Shown here one piece after another: positions 40,114-52,301 of a stretch of DNA of 64,000 bases (position 1 is its first letter; each line of letters opens with the position of its first letter). The DNA is taken from positions 22,258,001 through 22,322,000 of the forward strand of contig OX597816.1 of the NCBI GenBank assembly GCA_951406725.2, read 5' to 3'. The notes beneath the pieces are model-generated. The model was not told the origin of the DNA. It was given only the letters and a program-made list of their open reading frames with translations, and did not search any database. Source of the DNA: Octopus vulgaris. Its lineage: Eukaryota. The translations under genes were made by a program, and so were the position numbers.

Positions 40114-40364
40114 TTATATATTAGGATAATATCGATATTTAAGTATCCATATTATCAAGTGGCCAGCATGGGAAACATACCGTACAAAGGTAATAATTTT
40201 TAACAATTAAAATTGTTTAACCGTATCGTACTCATGGGATGATTCGGCGGGTAATTTAACTGGCCGCGTGCATACGTGCATATGTATTTATGTATGGACG
40301 TTCGTATATGTAAGTATATCGTTTGTTCTGCATATATATATCTGTATTTATGTACTCTTGATAT

Positions 40365-40422
40365 ATTCAACCGATGACGGTAAAGCTTATTAAAGCAAAA
40401 CCAGAAATCCTGGATCTTGAAT
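40365..40422 (+). ncRNA. Type I hammerhead-ribozyme-like motif (Penelope-type, variant core)
   Basis: Stem I attcaa/ttgaat; core CCGATGA (U4>C); stem II ggt..gctt..aagc..acc; GAAA; palindromic stem III atcc-t-ggat; UC cleavage site. Confidence 0.5.
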
Positions 40423-40556
40423 TATTCAATAATTTTTGCTTGTATATTTTGTCCCTCAGTCTTATCTCATGGTGCGATACGAACACTTAACGTGGTTTTT
40501 ATAGTCAGAGTTTTGACTGCTATTTCGGCATGTTGGTGTCTCTTAGACACCCTCAT

Positions 40557-40589
<33 letters not shown>

Positions 40590-40689
40590 CGGTTTAAGTA
40601 ATTGAGATTCAAGTGAATTCTAATGAATTCACATGAATATGGTCCTTAACTAGGAAGCACCGGAAATCTATATGATATGTGTGTGTGTG

Positions 40690-40878
40690 TGTGTGTGTGT
40701 TTGTGTGTGTGTTTGTCTGGTATGTTTACGTCCTCGTAACATTAGCGGTTGGGCAAAAGAGACCGATAAAATAAGTGCTAGGCTTACAAAGAATAAGTCC
40801 TGGGGTCGATTTCTTCGACTAAAAGGCACTGCTCTAGCATGGCCACAGTAAAATGCCTGGAACAAGTAAAAGAGTAGA
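40690..40878 (+). mobile_element. SINE-A right arm
   Basis: tgtttacgtcctcgtaac...gctctagcatggccacag...gtaaaagag. Confidence 0.85.
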
Positions 40879-41229
40879 GTCCTTAAAGTGTCTGTTTGCA
40901 TTATGTTTAATTTTGAACCCGTAGTTGGGTCTCGTTGGTGCTCCAAGTTGTATATAGTTCGTTATTTGTTGTAGGTGGTACTAATATGCGTGTTTACAAG
41001 TGTGTTGCTAAGAGTATGAGATATATTTCCCTCTTATAATTGTGTAGTTATGTGCATGTAGGATATGTGTGCGCATGCATATATACTTGTGCGAGCAATA
41101 CGATTAATTTGCTTGTTAATGTAAGATGAAAATAAAACTTTAATGAAATTCAATAAAATTATGTTGATTGCATCTCGTGCTTCAATGTCGGAACAGTTAT
41201 GTAATTCGTTAAAATATTACATACAATAG

Positions 41230-41615
41230 GATGGAAGCACTCCGTCGGTTACGACGATGAGGGTTCCGGTTGATCCGAATCAACGGAACAGCCTGCTCGT
41301 GAAATTAACGTGTAAGTGGCTGAGCACTCCACATACACGTGCACCCTTAACGTAGTTCTCGGGGATATTCAGCGTGACACAGAGAGTGACAAGGCCGGCC
41401 CCTTGAAATACAGGTACATCAGAAACAGGAAGTAAGAGTGAGAGAAAGTTGTGGTGAAAGAGTACAGCAGGTATCACCACCATCCCCTGCCGGAGCCTCG
41501 TGGAGCTTTTAGGTGTTTTCGCTCAATAAACACTCACAACGCCCGGTCTGGGAATCGAAACCGCGATCCTATGACTGCGAGTCCGCTGCCTTACCCACTG
41601 GGCCATTGCGCCTCC
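41230..41615 (-). mobile_element. SINE-C full copy with TSD
   Basis: TSD acatacaatag at 41219-41229 and 41618-41628. Confidence 0.92.
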
Positions 41616-42713
41616 ACACATACAATAGATGTATGTACTCGAGTGTGCGCGCGCCTTGTAAGTTACCAGTTTGTCATATGGCAGTGTGTCGGTATGGTTC
41701 GAGATAGAGCAGCGTGTATGCCAATTGATATTGTACAATAGTTGTGAAGCGTATAATTACGCACACTTCACTAGTTTCAGTTGCATAGATTGATATTTTG
41801 CTTAGCTTAGTTTATGCGTGAAAATTTTGTGCGTCACTTTGCTTATTGTTTATTGTATTTGTGCATGCATGTTTTGTGTGTGTGTGTGTGTGTTGTTATT
41901 GTTATTTTCTGACTTGTATTTATTTCTAAATGTGATTTGATTGTGTAGATGTAAATATGTAAGAATTTGCTTGTGGTTGTTTATGTGAATTGTAATATCT
42001 ATTTTATAAAATCCATTCTGTCTCTATGTCTCTGTCTGTGTTCCCTAGGATCTCGAGCATCCTCCATCCGATTGCGTTCAAATTTGATACCTAGATACCG
42101 ACCGTATCGGGGCGTGTATAAGTCTTCAAAAAATTACAAAAATCGATCGATAAAGCCGTGAGAACGTACATTTATACGCGCAAGTACGTCAGCTGTTGTG
42201 ATGTACTTACTGGTACTGTAAACTCTTTGGTTGCATATTTGTGTGAATAAAATCGTTATTCTTTGGAATAGAAAAAAGTTTCTCTTTATTTCTTCTTTAT
42301 GCTGGTGTCTCAAATTTAGGTTAAATCAGTGTTTTTCAAAGGGGAGGCCTCTGGGACAGTCGGACAAGTTATTTTGAGAAAATTTGGTTTAAATGTTTGA
42401 CAACTCAGCACCGTCCATTGGACGAGGGGCGTTTTGATCGTGAGTATATATGCATGTTTCTGAATGTGATTATGTATAAAACTGTAGGTACGTTGTTGTG
42501 TGTTTGTAATTTAACCTGTTAGATTATGTGTGTGCGTTGTTTTATTTTTAACAAAGTATATTTGCCATTTGTCGTCATATTTAATTCATATATGGCTTTC
42601 GGAATGCGCTTGCATCTATGTGAAGGTTGTCTTTGCGTGTGTATGACATGGTTATAAAGAGTGTGTGCTTGTACTTATAAAGAGTGTGTGCTTGTACTTT
42701 CTGTGTAAATATG

Positions 42714-43121
42714 TTTTACTCTTTCACTTGTTTCAGTCACTTGACAGCGGCCATGCTGGAGCACCGCATTTAGTCGAGCAAATCGACCCCAGGAATTATT
42801 CTTTGTAAGCCTAGTACTTATTCTATCGGTGTCTTTTGCCGAACCAATAAGTTACAGGGACACAAACACTCCAGCATCGGTTGTCAAGCGATGATAGGGG
42901 GACAAACACAGACACACAAAAACATACATACACAAATACATATACATATATATACACATATTAAACGGGCTTCTTTCAGTTTCCGTCTACCAGATCCAGT
43001 CAGAAAGCATTGGTCGGCCCGTGGCTATAGTAGAAGACACTTGCCCAAGGTGTTACGCAGTGGGACTGAACCCGGAAACATATAGTTGGAAAAGCAAGCT
43101 ACTCACTACAGAGCCACTCCT
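42714..43121 (-). mobile_element. SINE-A full copy
   Basis: Both arms and linker. Confidence 0.9.
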
Positions 43122-44117
43122 ATTTTATAGAATGTTAATATTTATATATGTGACTTTAATAGTGTCTATTGTTTTATTTATGGAAGATGAACCTCGTGCT
43201 ATTCCCAAGTCGATTTGGTGGTTCATATGTCGTAAAACTCGAAAAGAAGGAAGAAGCCATTGGTGGATACCGTTTATAGGGACGTGGACGCAAGCAGATG
43301 TACTTTGTAGTCTGGAGTATAATGTCTGAGTCTTCAAAAGTATGTATGCATGTACATAGATGTATATATTGCTTAGCTTGCTGTCTGTGAATTTCTATGT
43401 GGGTATTGTAATATTGAAATTCGAGGCTCATGCTTTATGTAAATATTTTGTCAGTGTGGCAGGGTACATATATATGATACTCAGTGTTTATCAATAAAAG
43501 ATACGTAAACGAAAAAAGAACGTCATAGTACATTGTTATTATATGTATATACATATAGCAGATACAATAGGATGAATGTGTAGAACTGGGAAGTTATTCT
43601 TAATAGGTGAACATTCATACAAACTGAAGCTCAGGTACATGCTATGAATATGGATCAGGTGTAATATATTTCAATATCTAAAAAGATTGTTTATATGTTT
43701 ATTTGTATTATACGTCTTTAAAAATTGCATGTACCATGTATAGTCGAAACGCACGTAACTAAGGAATTAATGTAGTATTATAAACTCCATTTTTGTTGTG
43801 ATAAATCTAAGTAATAATGGCGCGAACACACACGCATATTTCTGTCAATCTAATTCCCAATCTATTTATCTGCTTGTCTGTCTGTCTCTCTCTCTCTCAC
43901 TCTAGCTCTTTGCATATACATACACCCACACTCTCACACACACAAATGTCGGTCAGCTCTGAATGACTCTCACTAGACACAACAAAATTTGTTTCAAAAC
44001 ACCAATTCACATATGAATCTTGCAAACCAGATACAAACACACACACACACATATGTTCTAAGTTTCGTAAACGCTAACCATGTGGAAGACATGGGAATGG
44101 AGAAAATGTAGCTAAAC

Positions 44118-44370
44118 TTATTCTATTGGTCTCTGTTGCCGAACCGCTAGGTTACGGGACATAAGCATACCAACATCGGTTGTCAAGCGATAGTGGAGAG
44201 ACAAACAGACACAAACATATACGCACATACACACACACACATATATACATGCACAACAGACATGTAAGCACACACACACATACATGTATGCACACCCACC
44301 CACACCCACATACATGCATAACAAACATGTACGCACACACACACACACACATATATAACAAACATGTACG

Positions 44371-44427
<57 letters not shown>

Positions 44428-44588
44428 GACAGAGTTCTTTTATTTTCATTCTACCAGATCCATCCACAAGGCTTTGGTCGGCCCGAGGCTATAGTAGAAG
44501 ACATTTGCCCGAGTGCCACGCTGTGTGAGTGAACCCGGAACCATGTGGTTGGTAAGCAAGCTACTTACTACACAGCCACTCCTGCGCC
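44118..44588 (-). mobile_element. SINE-A with expanded (CA)-rich linker, 3'-truncated
   Basis: Linker 44205-44425 of ~220 bp with internal acaaacatgtacgcacac repeats. Confidence 0.88.
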
Positions 44589-45285
44589 TAAGTTAACCCT
44601 CTTTTCCATATTTCTTTTTTCTTTCTTTCTTCCATTCTTTCCTCGTTAAATATTAACTTACCATTAATGATACTTAGATAAATTATATGCAACTTGTTTT
44701 AAAATAAGACGAATAGACTCTTTTACTTGTTAACACGAAATAAATTTAGGGGTGCCAGTCTCTTTACTATTGAAAACATCCGTATATTAAATATATTCTT
44801 ATTTATTTATTGATTATCGTATTTGTATTTTTATTTTCATTGGACCATGTTAGAACATAATTAAACTGTTGAGTTTGAATCTAAGTAGTAATATATTTTT
44901 GCACAAATATAAGTTCTTATACATATGTTTAGGTTCTTGTATATTTTTATATCTTCATATAATTATTTACATGTGATTTCTTCACAGATGCCGACATATA
45001 ATTATCAGTATTAGCGTGTCAATCTATGTAGGTATATGCATAAGATGTGATTATTGATGTGACCGTTATTTTCTATTCTTTATATATTTTTGTGTATTTC
45101 TATATGTATAAATATTGAAATATATTTATATATGCATTCAAGTGTTTATATATTTTTACCTATTTACCCATTTTATTTTTTTATTTTTACTTACATATTT
45201 ATAACCCCATATTATTTTTATACTTTTTAATGATGTCTATATAGAGTTGTTTTCGTTTTTTTTTTATATGTATGAATATGTATTC

Positions 45286-45644
45286 TGTTTCAGTCATTTG
45301 ACTGTGGCCATACTGGAGCACCGCCTTTAGTCGAGCAAATCGACGCCAGGACTTATTCTTTGCAAGCCTAGTGCTTATTCTATCAGACTATTGCCGAACG
45401 GCTAAGTAACGGGGACGTAAACACACGAACTTCGGCTGCCAAGCGATGGTGGGGGCACAAACACTGACACCCCCCACACACATACGCACGCATATATAAA
45501 TCCGACAGGCTTCTTTCAGTTTCCGTCTACCAAATCCACTCACAAGGCTTTGCCTCGGCCCGAGGCTAAAGCACAAGACACTTGCCCAAGGTGCCACGCA
45601 GTGGGACCGAGCCCGGACCCATGTGCACACAGCCACTCCTGCGC
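45286..45644 (-). mobile_element. SINE-A copy
   Basis: Both arms; short deletion in the head. Confidence 0.88.
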
Positions 45645-47001
45645 TTATAAAGACAGACGAAATAACGAAATATATGTATGCATTGATGTATATATATATA
45701 TGTGTGTGTGTATGAACACTGATGTATTTATGTATAAGTGTGTATATGCGTGCATTAAAAAATAAATGTATATATGTAAGCATGAGTGGTAGATGGAAAC
45801 TAAAACAATAAATTGTTGTATATTGCTATTATTTTGGTTTTGATGTATGTATACAATTTCTTTTTCTATGTCCGTATAGAGTTGCTTTCGTTTTTCGTTT
45901 TGTTCATAAGTATCGGTAAATATATGTATGTGAGTAAGTGAATAATGAGGCATATATGTAGATATAGCATATTTATCTTATTTTATTTTTCTTTGGCTAG
46001 TTGTTAGTATGTGGGATATTTCGTTTGCTTTGTATTACTTTATTTATGTTGTATGTATATATTTAAATGGTTAATTTTCGTTGTCCGTATCGATTTGGTT
46101 TAATTTTTCATTTTTTCTTTTCTATACATGGAAAACTATTTATCTCCCCTGCATTCTAATAGTCAGACTCATATTATTTAGATTTGATTTAATATATAAA
46201 ATAATGTTTCAACAATTAGATATATGTGTGTATGAAGTGTATATGTATGCAAATTGTCATATATATGTATATGAATAACTAAACTTGTGTATGTGAATAT
46301 GCATGTGTGTATCCGTACGTGTGTGTGTGTGTATGTATCACATAAATGATAGGTGTATGCGTGTATGTGTAAGTATAGATAAATATGTATATATGAACGT
46401 GTGTATTGTGCAATAAACTCGGTTATAGAACTGAATATTTATAGATTTAAATGTATGAATTTACGTAATTTTAGTTAAATTATTTAATTATTTATGATAA
46501 AGCTCGCTCTTATATAGAGTTTTCGTTAAGGCTTAGGAGTTATAGATATTGTCAAGTGATACTTTTCAAATATTTACGCAGATATGTCTATCTGATGAAG
46601 CATCATTTACGTATTTAAACCGATTTGATTACTCTTGAAAAACCTCGTTTTATTAATGAAACGGAAATAGCTGTGATTTATAAGATGTGTCATTTATTTG
46701 TAGAAAATGCTTAAACTGAATAAATTGAAATGAATTTATAAATGTCCAATTCATTGTTTTATCTTCCATTTCTCATATATATATATATATATATATGACA
46801 CTTGCTGGCTTCTGTGATGAGCAAGGTTCACAGAATCATGAAGGTACACATGCCGTTGGATTTTGAAAGTTATTGAACGTTTGATTCATGTATTCACCAG
46901 ATGAACCTGTTTTCTTTCTAATGATGTAATATTTCTATTCATTAATTACAAATTCGTCCGAAACAGCTGTAGAAAACTGACATATCCATCTGTTGTTATA
47001 A

Positions 47002-47033
<32 letters not shown>

Positions 47034-48592
47034 TTACATACATATGTGGTGTATATACATATATATGTATATATAACATCCATGTGTATATTTATAGTAG
47101 GCATATATGTTAGTATGCATATATGTATGTAATTATATTTGTCTATAAGTGTGTACAGGAATAGTTCAAAATTCCCTAGACAACCTGGCAGAACCTGTAC
47201 TCCGTAAGTCAAATTCTTGAATTAGTAAAGTTGATTTATACCAAAGCTGGATTAACATCATGTTATATACTAAAACCTTAAATTTTCAACGTGTTTCCAT
47301 TATTGTGACAGGCCTTGTATGTCATATCTATAAATACATAAGCTGATGTATACTCACACAAATATACGCATTAGTGTCATTTCACATTTGTCGGGATCGA
47401 ATTAAATTCAATTAATTGATAAGCTACTTACCTCTCACTATGTCAAATCAGAATATAACGTTAATCAGTTTACAACTAAACTCTTTCTTTCCTCTTTTTT
47501 CTTAGAGGCCAATCATCAAAATTTATAATTCTTATATCAGTAATAAAATTAATTAAACATTATGTATATTTTATGTTTATTAGAAAATGCAGTAATCTAA
47601 TTATTTCAAACGTGACAACATAAATTAGAATTGATATGATTGGAGGAGTGAGAACATATAACATTCAATTAAATTTAGCAGCAAAATCAATTTTCGTTCA
47701 ACTGGTGTACATAAACATACATTATATGCAGATTACGAGCATGAAAGGGGAACAGGTTGTAAGTTTAATGAGATAAATGGAAAACAAAATGAGCTTAATT
47801 GGAACACAATAAAAAGACTATATGTAGTAAGATCCCCATCCCTTTAAGGCTAGCATTATAGATCATATCCCTAAATTAATGAACAGTTAGTCAGTGTGAA
47901 ATTCCGTAACCAAAGACAGCAAGATATAAGGAGAAAAGGAAACACCTGTTAAGGAAGAGATATTATCAGAACACAAGCTAGTGATACACTGGAACAATTA
48001 GTGTGCAGTTAGCGTGCAAAATGATACTGAAAAAGAAAGGCAATATAGAGCAGAAGAATCAACTAATGAATGGCATACAGCGTTGCTAATTAGAGGCAAA
48101 GACAAAGACATTTTTGAAGACTGAGGATTTAACACTAAGTGATTCCACATTTGTAGAAAATGAAGAAAAATAATGAGAAATAAAAAAAATGACAATAGAA
48201 TTGAAACAGCAAGTTTATAAGATGAAATGCATGGAAAAAGGGGGTTGCACAGTAAATCGGAGAATAAATCGCAGAGACAATGCAAAATAAAATAGAACGT
48301 TATGGATATATTGAAATATTGTGTGATCTTGCTATGAGGAAAATATAAGGCAAATGTGGCGTAGAATAATGAAGTATTTAACTATTTAAATTTTTTCTGA
48401 AATATATTCAACATGCTGCTTGCAAATTGTAACTTAATATGTCAGAATCTGTGAGCAGGTTTTTCCTGACCACCGACGGATCATTTAATAATTAATAAAT
48501 TAAAGGTAAATTTCACCTCATTCATTATATGTGGATCCAACTGAGCCATCTGCCTTACTGACTTAAACAGTTATGTATACTACACACGCACG

Positions 48593-48650
<58 letters not shown>

Positions 48651-48651
<1 letters not shown>

Positions 48652-48761
48652 ACCTGCTCGCTTAGCCAGCGGGGTGGCGTCATTTGAAAGCTAAAACAAA
48701 GCGAAGCGCATCGTGACCAGCGATGTGTACCAGCATCTGATAGCCTGGTCGGTCACGGTGA
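48651..48761 (+). mobile_element. Short GC-richer element (probable retroposon 3' tail) embedded in (TA)n
   Basis: 110-bp non-repetitive insert flanked on both sides by (TA)n; single copy in this window. Confidence 0.45.
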
Positions 48762-50902
48762 TATATATATTTATATATATATACACGCTTAAATATGCAT
48801 GCATATATAATCATATAAATATACACTTGTCGAGATATATATATATACATACACACATTCTCTCTCTCTCTCTCCCACACTCACACGTATATATATGATA
48901 TACTCACTTGCAGAAACTAATATAGACATTAACGTCTACGATGAATCTTAATTTCAAATGAAAGCTATCTGAATACTAACTTGCATTATATAACTTGGAA
49001 AATGTCTTTAGTATTCATACATAAATAACGTTATATTTTAAAATTTCCAATAGACAAAATCAAATAGAAGAAAAGAAAATATCTGAAAGGCTACAATGTA
49101 TTGTAATAACTATAATTATGAATATTTATTTCATTCGCGTGATTTGTCTGCTCAGTTCAACAAAAAAATATTATATATGGTGATGGTTCAGAATGTCTAA
49201 TGATATCAAACGCTTAAATACAAATGTTGATATAATAAATTTTTACTTACATAGAAGTAGCACCTGAGAGTTTTCTTATATTTTTTCACGAAAGTTGAAA
49301 AAGAATTATTTATTATTTGTTTCGCTTGAGAAGTATAGTGTTTTGGCTATCACTTTCACTTTATTTTTATATATATATTTCTCGGCTTTGTTTTTTTTGT
49401 TGGTTATTTTGTTGCCTTGCTGGAATTTGTTTCGTTATTTTAAAATGTTGTTACAAATTTGGTTGCAGACACTGTTGTTTTAAACAACAGTTTGTGTGTG
49501 TATGTGTGTGTGTAGACGATTGTGTGTATGTATGTGTGTGCATACATATATGTCTACAACAAAATGTTTTTTTCTATATCTATGTATATTTACATACGCA
49601 TATATATGCCTAATTATAACGTATATATATAGATAGATTAATGGATAGATAGACATAGATACATGCATACATGCCTGTATACACATACATACATACACTC
49701 AGGTACACATCCATATTACATATTGCACCCTGTCGGTGATAACTACAAGCGTCTCAGGTGACCGGATTAGCGATCATGAGCTTAATAGCCAAAACACCAA
49801 TCCTCGTGTCCTCACTTCTCCACAGCCTCATTCACACAGCTGTAGGCTGGATGTAACAAAACTTCAAATCAGGAAACATATTTGGAAAGACATGAAAAAT
49901 TCTGAGCAAAGGTAATTTTTTAAACTGTCAGAGTAAAGGAAAACTTATCTCATATCTTCTCAGTCTTAAGTACAGCATTAAACTCGCGCATTTCAAGGCG
50001 TAAGTAAAACCTTGTTCTCTTCTTTATCAACCACAATTTGAACCCTTTCACATGTTGAAAATAATTACAAGAGAAAATATCAGAGTCGACCATAAGAAAC
50101 TTAATTTCCTGCAGCGTTCCAGCATTACCTCAGTTATAAGAGACTAGTAAGAGAAATAATAGTTTATTAGTGTGAATATTGAATAAGAAAAGACATGGTA
50201 AAGTGTTTATATCAGATTTCAAGTTCTAATTGACAACAGTGTGTTTCGCTTCTAATGATTGTTATCTTATTTAAAAATATGGCGATAAATCCGAGTGAGA
50301 TGTTATGGCGCTAGACTAACTGCATTACAACTTTCACTATCAGCCGTCCAAACTCTGAGATTCAGAACAAATCTTGTTAGTTGAGTGACGATAAAAATAT
50401 CTAGAAGAAATAAACTAGATCAGTTCAACTGACCATAACCACTTCCACACGATCACTGTTGCAACGTGATAAATCAATATATTCCTTAAAATAGTCTGGA
50501 GAATACAGACGAGACGACGAAGCGACAGATAAATACGTAATAGTATTTAATTTCATTGTCCTTAGTTCTAATTTAGATTTTATTGCTCTGAGATGTATAA
50601 AAATACCAGGAATACACCCGAGTGATTTTCAGTAACAATTTGTTGCCTGTAATAATTGTCTTTGGGCTTTGCAAAACACTGATCAATATTATTTTGACTA
50701 TGTTTTCACTGCTATATCGGCAATAGATTAAATCATGAACATATATCTATTATTGTTATTATTATTATTAGCATTTGATGCAAAAAACGTCCAAAATCAA
50801 GTTACACACCATCTGACATTCTTCGTATGTTCGTGTGCGTAGTCGTGCATATATTTGTACATGTGAGGGTGTTGTGTGTACATGCACCTCTCTCTCTCAT
50901 AA

Positions 50903-50934
<32 letters not shown>

Positions 50935-50941
50935 TAATGAT

Positions 50942-51096
50942 TGATAGCTACCCGCTAAACCTTTTTATTTTCCCTCTCAATTTCTGTGTTCCTTTGTGTT
51001 GAAGAGCGTAGGCACGGAACGTAAAAGACTTTCTCAATTCTCGCGCGTTAAACTAATACATCTGTTTGATGTTTACACACCCGTCTTCGTCTTTTG
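50942..51096 (+). mobile_element. Penelope-like terminal fragment with degenerate minimal hammerhead
   Basis: ttgaagagcgtaggcacggaacgtaaaag resembles CUGAAGAG..CUCGAAACGUA. Confidence 0.4.
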
Positions 51097-51097
51097 T

Positions 51098-51445
51098 CAA
51101 AAGGTCCCTGAATAAGGATTGCTTAAGGATGTTGAACGAGCCACCCATGTTTCCAAAGGTGAATTATCCAAACCTCCAAGAATTCCTTTCAACACACGGC
51201 TACGATGCTACCCACTACTTCTGCTCGTGATCAGAGATGCGCATATCATCAGCCACTAAGGAACATGCTCAACTGGTTAGGGTCAAACCACTGACAAGCA
51301 AATCTGTGGTATTGAGCAGAATATTTGCTGTAGCCCATCTTTTATACCAAGACAAAACAATGTACATGATAACACTTCCATTCAGTTAAGATCAGGAGCC
51401 ACGAGAGCCACTGTCTGGTACTGTATCAAGGCATTATTATTATTT
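51098..51445 (+). mobile_element. Probable LINE/SINE 3' tail ending in (TTA)n
   Basis: GC-richer block terminating in gcattattattatt; family not assignable from the window. Confidence 0.4.
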
Positions 51446-51667
51446 TCATCATGATCTTTCAATTATGCCTCCATTTCTTGCCGAGTGTCTTCCTGACACC
51501 TATGGCAGAGAACCATTAAAATAAATACACCAGATTATTCTTTTACAAAGTCATGTGATATAGAAAAATGGGAAGAAAGACAGAGAAAAAGGAAAAAATA
51601 AAAAATAGTGCTCTTACATGTACAGGTATTGTAGCCGTTTTGAAATGTCGCATCTGTTCGATTTCGA

Positions 51668-51935
51668 TTAGCAAAGCTTATATTTTCTGAGCTTATCAAA
51701 TTCTTTTGCCGAGATATTATGGTCACAGGGTATGCTCATGTCAATCAATAAACAGACTTGCTTGTTTTGGTCTTTCACAACAATATCTGGTTTATTTGCT
51801 TTGATGGTCCGAACTGTACATACTGGGAAGTCCCAAAGAATACTTACATTTTCTCCCTCAGTTACAGCCTCGGGGTGGTACCTGTACCATTTGTCAGCAA
51901 ATTTGATTTTATAATGGCGATACATTGTCCAATGT
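51668..51935 (-). mobile_element. R4/Dong-like RLE endonuclease fragment
   Basis: KWYRYHPEAVTEGENVSILWDFPV.T.RTIKANKPDIVVKD...CLLIDMSIPCDHNISAKEFDKLRKYK (PD..D...K); homologous to 36346-36555. Confidence 0.88.
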
Positions 51936-52301
51936 AGCTATTCGCGTAAGCGCGCATGTTCATACTTACACATGTGCACCCGCGCACCCACTTGCATGTG
52001 CCTAAAAGCGTCCCGTCCAGGTGGGGAACCTATACACCTCGACATCCGAAACTCGGAGTTTTATCTTGGCTACCGAATAATTGTCACATATTACACGTAC
52101 AGATGAATTCCTCTATTTACATAATACCGAGGTTTCTTTCGAGGTTTTGTTGTCTTACTAATTTTTATCAAAAGATAGATAGATAGATAGATACCGTGTG
52201 TCTGTCTATATTTACTTCAAGGGAAGTACAAACATTGCGAAAGAAATCCACATAGATGTGGACATTTTTGATATTTTTAACTGTAATTTCTTTAAATATT
52301 A

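Noticed and set aside
42327-42445. hAT-like terminal motif cagtgtttttcaaa
   Set aside because: No matching second TIR or 8-bp TSD found.
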